DNA of 64,000 nt, taken from assembly GCA_037447605.1 (NCBI GenBank), contig CM074818.1, forward strand, positions 1,686,617-1,750,616, in the 5' to 3' direction. Shown one piece after another: positions 25,414-35,419 of the stretch. Source of the stretch: Zygnema circumcarinatum SAG 698-1b (Eukaryota; Plantae; Zygnematophyceae). The position numbers were made by a program, and so were the translations under genes. A model generated the notes under the pieces. It saw only the letters and a list, made by a program, of their open reading frames with translations. It had not been told where the DNA came from and searched no databases. Numbering within the stretch: position 1 is the stretch's first letter; the number at the start of each line of letters is the position of its first letter.

Positions 25414-26223
25414 CACTTTCAATAAGGCACACTCCTATTCTTAGAGGGACTGTCGTGTTCCACACGATGGAAGGATTAGGACGCATTCGAGCATAACAAA
25501 GGGCCCTTGCCCTGAAAATGGTCTTATCGAAACTGCACTATCGTCCTTTTGCCAAAGTGTTGCCACACAGCACTCTGGCCCCTGTATTTCACCCACTACT
25601 CTCTATAGCCTTCACACGCCTCCACACCATTCTTCAACGACCCTGCAGCTTCGTCCAGGAATCAGAATGACATCCTCCAGCAGCCAATCCTTTCACCTGC
25701 CCGCTCCGGTCCTGCATTGGACCCTCCGGTTGCTCCTTCTCTGCCAGGTGCTCCCTCTGCTACAGCAACAGGAAGGTAGATAGGCCGAGAAGGCGAGAGA
25801 GTGGGAGAGGGCGAGAGGGAGAGGGCGAGACAGTGGGAGAGGGAGAGGGAGAGAGACGGAGAGCGGGAGCGCGTGAAAGTTCGAAAGTTTGGAAGCGTGT
25901 TTGGAATTTGGGATCCCTCCCTCCCTTTTTTCCCTTCAAGTCGGCGCCTTGCCGGAAAAGGCTTCAAATTCTGCCGGGCCGTTCCATGTACGAAACGTCG
26001 TCCAGTTGAAAATCACAACGGTTTCTATGTGAGTTGACGCAGCAATTCCTGACCGTTGGATTGCCGCGTGCGAGATCTAGTTGGAAGCCGCGGAAGGTGA
26101 ACGCATGGGAAGGATGTGGCATTGACCTCACGATGGCGATGATGGCATCAAATGTACATGGACAAAGTCATCATGGGGAACCACGAGGAACTGGTCCATT
26201 GGATTGTATAGGTGCACAACTTT

Positions 26224-26590
26224 CCAATGGTTGCCGATCCAACCAACCGTTGGAATGGTTGCGAACCACTGATGATACGCGACCCAAGCAACCATTGGCA
26301 ACCACTGAATTCAATGGTTGCCAGCCATTGGAATCCTCCATTGACTGTGTCCAATGGTTGCCGATCCTGGTTGCGAACCACTGATCATACGCGACCCAAG
26401 CAACCATTGGCAACCACTGAATTCAATGGTTGCCAACCATTGGAATCCTCCATTGGCTGCGTCCAATGGTTGCCGATCCTGGTTGCGAACCACTGATCAT
26501 ACGCGACCCAAGGAACCATTGGCAACCACTTAATTCAATAGTTGCTAACCATTGAACCCATCCATTGGGTACGTCCAATGGTTGCCGATG
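26224..26590. repeat. Tandem minisatellite, 112-bp unit (~3.2 copies), CCAAT/ATTGG-rich
   Basis: Unit start CCAATGGTTGCCGAT at 26224, 26351, 26463 and 26575 (periods 127, 112, 112). Each unit carries an internal inverted repeat GGCAACCA-N10-TGGTTGCC. Confidence 0.93.
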
Positions 26591-26851
26591 CCACGATCCG
26601 CCCTGTGCAAAGTAAGTTTCAGTTTTTTGCGAGTGTACGGAACTGTACACTGTACGGAGCTCTCTTAAAGTTAGTCGTGCTATGGCATATGTTAATTATC
26701 TCCGTGAATTTGGTTCGACGGATTCTGTCCGTTAACTGGAGCACAGAACGAGCCCCTTGCTCGAGGAGCCCTCCCACTGCTCCGTGCCCTAATCTGCCCT
26801 CCCACTCCCCCTCCCTCACCTCTTCTCTCCTTCAAGCTCCCTTCCTCCGCC

Positions 26852-27130
26852 ATGGCGCAGCCTCTGCTGAAGCAGATCGCTTCCCTGAAGGCGAAGGATG
26901 TGCCTGCGTTTGCAAAGACCACGTTCACAGTGAAGAACATGGGGGAGATGTACCATGGATGGGTGGAGGAGTACCACAAGAAGCACATCCTCACGGGAAG
27001 CGTCAAGCCCTTGAATGACCTCATGTTATTTGTGGGAGTTTTGGCGTATGCAGTGGCATGGCCCACTGAGATTCGCCATCTGAAGCACGCGGAGGAGGCT
27101 GCCAAGCACGGAGACGGAGGGCACCATTAG
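26852..27130 (+). CDS. ATP17: Mitochondrial F1Fo ATP synthase subunit f (plant type), intronless
   Basis: 92-aa ORF ...LKAKDVPAFAKTTF...YHKKHILTGSVKPL...AYAVAWPTEIRHLKH...HGDGGHH. Length, a single TM segment and the His-rich tail align with Arabidopsis At4g30010 as recalled. Confidence 0.85.
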   Translation: MAQPLLKQIASLKAKDVPAFAKTTFTVKNMGEMYHGWVEEYHKKHILTGSVKPLNDLMLFVGVLAYAVAWPTEIRHLKHAEEAAKHGDGGHH

Positions 27131-28773
27131 CAGAGGTAGGCACTGGCAGGCCCATGTACTCGCAAAGCCTAAAACATTGACAAATTTCGATGAATTCTTG
27201 AACTGCAGAAAGCGTTTCTAGTCCGACGATTGCGTTTTTGCTAAAAGTGCGCACTTTTGGAACATGTTTTAGGGTTGTTCACATGCAAAGGCGTAGCAGA
27301 AATAAGCACTTGCACTTGCTATCCCCCTTCCCCCCACTCCTTTCCTTTTCCGAAAGAGCTGAAAGTTGTTGCTGCTGAGAAGGTTTGTTGGAATTTTAGG
27401 GTTTGCATGGTTGGTTCTCTGATATCAAAGGCCTTCAACCATGAGCCATATTTCATCGCTCCGGGTAGATGCATTTTATTTTTAACCATAAGCGGAACGG
27501 AGGAGCTCTACAGTATTTTATATAGTGAAACTGATCTGGAAACTGAGCCGAAACTGAAACTGCTGCATGGGAGGCGAGTACACACTTTTAGCCACTGAAA
27601 GTTGAGTCCGAAGTCGAAAACTGAAAATGAGAACCTTCTGCCTTCGGAATTATATGCGAGTCAAAGAAGCTGTTTAAGGATTCATTGAGCTTTTTTTGTT
27701 TGTAGCTTGATTTTAAGCCATTAAATGGCTCGCCGTAGGCAGCCTGAGGCTTCTCTTGGGGTACGAAGCAGGGCGGCAGAATTTTCTTGGTCGTTTAAAT
27801 CATTATTATCCTCTGTTTGTTAATCTCGGAATTGATGTGGATACAGAGTGCTATGCTGATAGACCTTTGAATTTTTGATTTTTTACATGGTTTCTGCTTA
27901 CCCTTTTATAGGTATTTTGTTCCTCTGCCTTTGTCTGTCTACCTGTCTTCCCATTCTCTCTTCTTCTTTTCTCGCTTCCTCTTCCTTCTCTCTCTGCCGT
28001 TTTCCTCCTCCCCCCCTCCCTTTCTGTCTTTCCCGCTCCCTCTTCGACTCCATCCCTTTCGTCATCATAAATTCACATGTACAGAATTCATTGATGGAAT
28101 ATCCGAATATATACTATTCTTACGTTCGAATATTTCTATTCTCGGTTCTTACTGTATGGCGTTCTCACCTCCTAATCTCTTTCCTTGCTGGCCTTCTTTC
28201 GCAGGCTTTGATGACTATTAATCTGAATGTGGAATCAAGCGCGGAGGATGTTTCCAGCGAACGCTTGTGTAGACTTACTTTCAAGGGGGGAGTTCTGGCC
28301 ATAAAATTGTGGAATTAAGGATGGCCGTGGATGGCTGCGTTAGGACAGAAATTGGCATAGGCATTCCTCCAAAGGAGCTATTGATACGCATGCTATGCAA
28401 GAAGCATATTTTATGACGTCTGAATCTCACCTGCCTGCATGGTTTTAATTGGAATCTGCAGACAGAGTTACCTCCATTTTATGCACAGTCAAAAAAAATG
28501 GGGGGGGGTCGGGAGGGTTTTACAAAAAATCTTCTCCACTTCTTTTCGTCGAGAAACATGAAGATTCAGGTGCCTGAACTTTGCTACCTTCTAGCAATTT
28601 TAGGGTTTTTTTTTTTTATGAGTCCTTTCAAGCATGTGGTGACTGTTTGAAGATTACTGCCGGGAAGTCATTCGAATGGACCCAATCGTGAAGAGTGGAA
28701 ACGCTAACCCTAATCATTTTCATTTGGATGGGAGGATATGATGATGTCTGGCCATGATGCATGTGACCATGTG

Positions 28774-28908
28774 AACCCTAACCCTAACCCTAACCCTAAC
28801 CCTAACCCTAACCCTAACCCTAACCCTAACCCTAACCCTAACCCTAACCCTAACCCTAACCCTAACCCTAACCCTAACCCTAACCCTAACCCTAACCCTA
28901 ACCCTAAC
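28774..28908 (+). repeat. Interstitial (CCCTAA)n array, ~22 perfect copies
   Basis: Direct reading. It continues in the same orientation at 29738-29760 after an insertion. Confidence 0.97.
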
Positions 28909-28910
28909 TA

Positions 28911-29735
28911 TAGATCCGTATGTATCAAACGCGTGTATTAATACACTGTATAATACATGCGTATTATACAACATTTTAAAAATACAGTGTATTTTTAATG
29001 TATTTAACGTATTTTTTTATTTTCGTGGTTAGTTGAACAAAAATTGATTATAATATTGAAATTCCAGCACTTTCCAAGTCACGTCACTTGCCAAACACTC
29101 AACACGTGTGACTTGGTCCGTACATGTTCGTACAACCCTTCCGTACATAATTACCGTACGGATCTATGTTCCGATTGTACGGCTGTTAACAGTTGCGTTG
29201 AGGTATTATACAGTGTATAATACAGTATTAATACTGTATTATACATTGTATCGAACCTCAAAGAAAATGATGTTTGATTGAACTCACGATGGCAAGGCCA
29301 TCAAATGTACATGGAGAAAATCGACATAAGGAACCAAAAGAAGCAGTCACAACGGACATAAGGACCAAGAGAAAGCCTTGAAACGGAAATCAACTTCTAG
29401 GCGCAACAACACGGCACTAGAAGCAGCCGCGAAGGTCGCCAATGTGGGGCGCAGTACGCGCGGGAAGGGGCGGAAGACCACCGGGACGGGTCCCAACAAC
29501 NNNNNNNNNNTCCAACCGAGCATCAAGGCAGCCAAAAATTTCGACCGCCAATGGAACAAACTCATCGGCCGAGTCGTGGTGAGCATACGCGCGCTCCTTA
29601 CGAAGGGCCGCTTCGCGGGCAGCGACGCCCTCGTGGTGTGCGGCACGGGATAACAAAGCACGGCGAGTCGGATCAGCCAATACGACGTCCCCAAAAATAC
29701 GTCCCTCAAACCTCAAAGTGTATAATACGGATCTA
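28911..29735. mobile_element. TA-flanked MITE-like element with 11-bp TIR (TAGATCCGTAT) inserted in the CCCTAA array
   Basis: Left TA|TAGATCCGTAT (28909-28921), right ATACGGATCTA|TA (29725-29737). Subterminal GTATTATAC/GTATAATAC palindromic repeats lie near both ends, with an internal TACGGATCTAT at ~29157. About 380 bp once the nested LINE is removed. Confidence 0.7.
29264..29708 (-). mobile_element. 5'-truncated non-LTR retrotransposon fragment encoding a restriction-like endonuclease (RLE; CRE-like clade)
   Basis: The minus frame gives EGRIFGDVVLADPTRRALLSRAAHHEGVAAREAALRKERAY...DEFVPLAVEIFGCL, the D...KxxxY...FxPLxxExxG signature of RLE-type LINE C-termini. Stop at 29417-29419, ~150-nt 3'UTR, and a 10-bp direct repeat AACCTCAAAG at 29254-29263 and 29709-29718. 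N gap inside. Confidence 0.75.
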
Positions 29736-30789
29736 TAACCCTAACCCTAACCCTAACCCTCCGCCTCCGCCTTCCGCCCTCCGGCCTCCGCCTCCACGAG
29801 AGGAGCGTTGAACTTTTGTGCTTCACATGTGCAGCTGAGATTTATGAACACTGAAGATGCCTATCTGGGCATAGCACACCATAATACCATGACATGAAAT
29901 CTCTCACTTCAGATTCTAACCTTTAGCCGAGTAAATGAACTGAACCTCACCTACTCTTTGAGCATAAAAAAAAAGCGGGGTGAAGTAGGAATCCTCAAGC
30001 GGAAAAGAGCGACCATGGGGCAGAGATGAAATCACAGGCAAATTATGAAAATGAGCACAGAAAGTGAAGCCAAGCAGAACCCACAGGCAGATTAAAAACC
30101 ACTCAGTGAGAATGAAGCTTTTTTCTTTTGTGCTTAGGTCCTTTGCGACCAGTTCCTCGTGGTTTCCCATGCTGCTTTTGTCCCTGTACATTTGATGGCC
30201 TCATCGCCATTGTGAGATCAATGCCACTTCAAGCCACACCTGGAGGAGGTGCCACAGGAAAGGTGGAAACTTTCTGAAGGTACAAACCACGAGGACATGA
30301 CAGAGAGAAACCACGAGCGAAACAAGATCCAAAAGGAAAAAAAAAAAACACGTGCGAGATGACTGGTGGAAAGGAATATCACACGTGTAAAAAGGCAAAA
30401 TTTTGGAGTTCGTGGGCAGGCAAAAGGTTCAGAAGCGACAAAAAAAGTACAATACGGACGGTAGCTTTTGATGGTGGTCGATACTAGACAGTATTCAGTA
30501 CGAACTGATTTCGGGATATGCTCGATACGCATTTGAGGAAAGCAAACGTACCGCGGGAGAGGGGGGTGGGAGAGCGCGAGGGCGAGAGCAGGCAGCTGGC
30601 GCGAGAGAGAGGGGGAGAGATGGAGTGGAGAGGGAGAGGGAGAGGGAGAGGGGAGGAGGGAAGAGGGACAGGGGGCAAGAGAGGTAGAGATTGACGAGAG
30701 ATAATGGAGGCAGAGGCCGTGTCAGAGTTTCCAAGCAGAGCTTATCTATAGGGTTTAAGGGTTTTGCTGCTGGGAGCTAGCGAGACGCC

Positions 30790-33700
30790 ATGGCGCCGAG
30801 GAAGAAGGCAGGGAAGCCGAATTCGGCTGGTGCAGGACGTCCGTTGGAAACTCAAAAAACTGCAACAGAAAACGGCGGAGCAGGTGATGAAGGCGTTCAG
30901 AATGCAGACGCAGTTCTGAAGGCAGAATGCGAGAAAGCGATCAAGGCTCTGCGCCTGGGAAACTCTTCAAAGGCGGTGAAGCTGATGAAGGAGGCCATGG
31001 CTAAGTTTCCACAGGCTGCTCTCGCTCAGAGAGTGAGCGGGCACATTCACTTGAAGCTTGCCAACATGATTGACGACTCAACTGCAAAGCAGCGGCACTT
31101 GAGATCTGCATTGGAAGCGGCTCGCCAGGCGGCTTCCCTGTCGCCGAAATCCGTGGAATATGCTCACTTCTATGCTCAGGTTTTGTATGAATCTGCGAGT
31201 GATGGGAAGGGCTACGACGAGGTAGTGAAGGAGTGCAACAGAGCGCTGGAGGTAAAGGAGCCGATCGATCCAGCGAAGGAGGGGCTGCATGACGAGAGCC
31301 AGCAGGAGCTTGCTTCTGCAGAGGCACGAGTGAATCATATGAAGGGGGAGCTTAAGAACATGATGCAGAAGGCGAACCTTGCTTCACTTTCAACGTGGAT
31401 GAAGAATTTTGGGAACGGAAACAGTGATGAGAAGCTGCGGTTTCTGCAGGTGGGCGGGCTTTCTGAATGATTGTGATCGCGGGTTTGGCAGACAGGCATT
31501 GTGCAGGTTAGGGGAGGGTCTGAGTTTGGGCGAGGACTGAAGCTGCAGTTCTGCAGTTGAGTACGAAGTACAACAGACATGATGACTCCATGGGGAGCTT
31601 GGGAAGGCGTTTTGAGTGAGGTTGAGGGAAAGATTCAGGGTTGTGGAGTAGGGTCGGTGACTGTTTGGGCTTTAGAGGTTTTGCCATATTTAGGGTTTCT
31701 TCAATGCCTCGGCGTTATTCATTTCATTTCATTTCTTTTCATTTTTTTTTCATTTTCATTTGAGCAGTTCTGGTAAGAAGTAGTATGGTGTCTGGGTTTT
31801 TCGAACACTGGGGTTTGGCGAAAAAATTAGGTTTAGAAGGCACTACTGTAGGGTGAGATTGAATTTATATTCGTTTCTAGGCAGAGGTTATATTTATGAG
31901 GGGAACTTCTCATTGAGAGATTGGGAAGGATGACAAGCGAGAGAAGGTAGAGGCTTGCTAGAGAGAGAGGTAGGTTGTGAGACAAGCCCAGTCTTCTTGT
32001 TTAGTGATGATTACTATCTGGGGAGTAAAGTAAGTCGCATGAATGTTAAAGTGAGGGGTGTGTTATGAATCCATTCCCAGCCACGTTATACCTTGTAAAT
32101 GTAAAGGGACTATCTGACCATTTGCATCGATTGTGAGACCGCTGGCACTTCGAATGAAGCCACATGCATTTGAAATAGCGTTTGGAAATGGCGTATGTGT
32201 GTACGGCAGGTGAGAAAGTTTCCGGAAGACCCAATAGAGCACAAAGCTGTACAGCCAAGGCGGACGCATGAAGTTCGGAAGACAGTAAAAAGTTCCAAAG
32301 AGCGGAGGGAGGAGATAGAAGTGCGAGTTGCAGCTGCGAGGTTGATGCAGCAAAGACAAGATAACCAGGGGAGCCCTCCAGAGCAGGGGGACGGAGATGA
32401 GGAAGAGGGAACCTCGGGGAGGAGAAGAGGAGGAGACAGACGAAAGAAAGAGGGTCCGGGGCGAGGTCGAAATGGAAAATTGCCTCAAATTGAAGAGAGA
32501 ATCGAGCGTGTGCAGTCGTTTTGGAAGGCATCTACGCCTGAAGATAGGCTAGAGATGCTTGATCTTCCTATTCATCAAGTGAAATTGAGTTTAACATCGT
32601 CCCAAAAGCATTCAAATGAAGCGCTCGAAATTTTCAATGAGGCGTTGTCTTTTGCACAGGAGAAGAAAACTTGGCGATTTTGGGCATGCTGTCAGTGCGG
32701 TGAGAGGTTTAAGGAGTCGCAGGAGCATTCAACTCATGTTACGAGATCGCATATTGCGAAGTTAACTACCAAGCAGCAGAAGATGCTACCACCGGAAGTG
32801 GAACCGGATTGGCAAGAACTTCTGCTCGAGGAAGATGTGAGACCCATACAAGCAGATGCAGCAGTTAAGTTTTTGATTGAAAATGCGGTCATTCCTTTAG
32901 AAGCTCCGGAGGCGCAAGAAGCTTCTGTGCAGGGTGCAAGCTTGGAGGCAGGAAGAAGTGAAGGGAGCATCTGCTCAAGTAGCAGCAGCGGAAGTTTGGA
33001 GCAGTTTGTTGATCAAGCTGCAGAGAGTGGGGGTGCAGAGCAGGGTTCACTTTTGGGGGGAGAGGATGGGGAGGATGGAGCCGAGGGAGAGAAAGGGATG
33101 CAGCATGACCACGTGTGTAATGGAGAATGTCAGAGGAAGAACGCGATGAGACCGGGAGAGGATAATGTGCAAACTCTTCCCATTGCAGATGGGATAGAAG
33201 ATGAGGAGCGGTACAAGCTGCTGAAGAGAATCCATGCAATTGCCCGCTCGCTTTTGAAGGCTAGGGTTTTGAACGGAGAACACGTGTCGAAAGTTGTGCA
33301 ATTTGCAATGGAGGAAATGCAATGTATGCTTCCTGAACCAAAGTCGCTGTACGAGTTCAGCCCTTCTCCATTGTATATCAGATTTTTGAATGTCGCACAG
33401 CTCGAAAAGATTTGTGAGTATCTCATGCGACTGGCAAGCCAGTATGGAATGGATAGATTGATACCTGATACAGGCTCTCACAGCAGTAGAGATGACAGCA
33501 TAGAAGAAGATATTATTCAGGACAGGCTGCTGTTGAATGCAGAGTTCACAAAGATTCATTTAGATGACCGGATTATGAAGGAAGTCCCCATTGAGCCCCC
33601 TTTACTTGAGCAGAAGAACGATGCAGAGGAAGAGAAGGAGGCCAGCACAATGCATGAACTCTGCAATGGTCAGAGTGAGCATCATCACTTGGAATCTAGT

Positions 33701-35379
33701 GACAACATCAAAGAACTTGTAGAGATAAAAGTGTTGGAGGCTGTGAGCCATTGTAATGGGGAGTTGAGCACTGGACAAAACGACTATTTGAAATTGCTTG
33801 TTATAGGAGACAGCTGCGATCTGGAAAATGGATACGGAGTTGAAGAAGCACATCAAATGCAGAATGGAGATATTTTTAGGGAGACTCCTGCGGAAGAGAG
33901 AGGCACATGTGAGGGGGGGGGCGAAGATGACGATGGGAAAGAGGAAGCTCGTGCCGAGAATGGGAGGACAACAAAGGAACCCACCGGGCAAGTTCAGGAA
34001 ACAAAGCTCATCTTTTTAGGGGATCTTGAAGTTTCTCAAGAGCGTAAAAGGATTTTGTTGGAAAAACAACAGCAGGAAGAGATGAGTATTCGGAGGCCAT
34101 TGCCATTGATGCAAGTGAAGGAGGGGGCTCGAGTCGCGCATGAAGACCTACAGCTCTCTTGGATATTTGGGAAGATGGAGTATGAGCTTCAACCAAACAT
34201 GTGGAAGCGACTGCGAGAAGAAGCAGCTCAGAAGGGGAAGGAGCTTTGTGAGGGATTAAAAAAAGAGTTGGTTGTTATTCAGGAAGTATGCGACGAGAAG
34301 TATGAATTAGCTAAGTATGAGGATGGCTTGAAGCTGGTAGAGAGCCGTTGTGCTGAGAAAGCTTCCCGGAAGGACCCCACAAGTAGCTCTGACGGTAGCT
34401 ATGAAGCCTTGTTGAGGGCTCGCAAGGAGGAGATAGAGAAGCTGCCTACGATCTCATCTTCCCGAAAATTGGAGCTCAGAGCTCTTGATAACGTGCTGAG
34501 CCATCTCAACAAACTTCAGGTCTGCTTGAATATCTCTGCATTGTTTGGTTGTTTGGTTTGTTCAGCCCATTGTTTGGTTAGCCAGCTAGCTAACTTTTGC
34601 TCTCCGTCTGCTTCTAAGCAAGTTGACTGAGTTCTTCTTATTGACTGTTGAAACCTGTGCAGAGTTCAAGAACGAGCTTTACTCGGACTGTCAGTGATTC
34701 AGATGAGGACGAGGAGGCTTTTCTCTACAAAGATGTGATAGTGGAGGCATCTCTCTCTGCCAGCCGGAAAGACATGTCCAAACAGGTGAGAAACTGCTCT
34801 TTTTTTCCCAGCAGCTTTCTGTCTTCATTCCTAAGGACAAGTGCTTCAACACTGCTGAAGCTGGGGATTCAACCATCCGCTAATTCTCAAGGAGCATTCA
34901 CATGAAGATATCAGAGCTGAATATGACGATGAAGTGAGAAGCAGAAGAGAAGAGACGAGAGGTGAAAGATGGAGATGAAGAGAAGAAAGAGAAGAAGAGC
35001 GAGATGAAGAGATGAGTTGATGATATGTTTATTCATGTTCACTTACAGCTCAATCGCTCATTTTGTGCAGCAAGATCAATTGGAACGGAAGCTGAGTCGA
35101 GCATTGGATGCCCTTAGCAAGCAAGAGGCTCGTTTGAATGAGATCTGCGTGTTTGACTACCGGGCAGTAGTCCTTTCCATCGTGAAAAGCTTCTTGCAGG
35201 TGCAAATTTTTTCATGCAAATATCGTCCTTCTACCTGTATGCTATGCACGGTGCTTTGTAGACTAAGAATATCGTGGACAGTAGAGGCAGCTCTCTACTA
35301 CCTCTCCACCCCCCTCCTCCCTCGTTCCCTCCCTCCCTCCCATTTCAATCCTAAAAGGCACAAGGGGAGGAGGACTGAT

Positions 35380-35419
<40 letters not shown>

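Noticed and set aside
26224-26590. CRISPR-like array
   Set aside because: The whole 112-bp unit repeats with no unique spacers, the context is eukaryotic, and there are no cas genes.
28774-29760. Interpreting the RLE fragment as a telomere-targeting LINE (MoTeR/Cnl1-like) inserted directly into TTAGGG repeats
   Set aside because: The LINE is bounded by its own 10-bp TSD (AACCTCAAAG) inside a TIR element. It is the TIR element, not the LINE, that abuts the telomeric repeats.
26118-30230. CACGATGG/CACAATGG as Transib/CACTA-type termini forming TIRs
   Set aside because: Similarity extends past the CAC (ATTGANCT is conserved upstream), there is no short TSD, and the motif matches the LINE 3'UTR end better.
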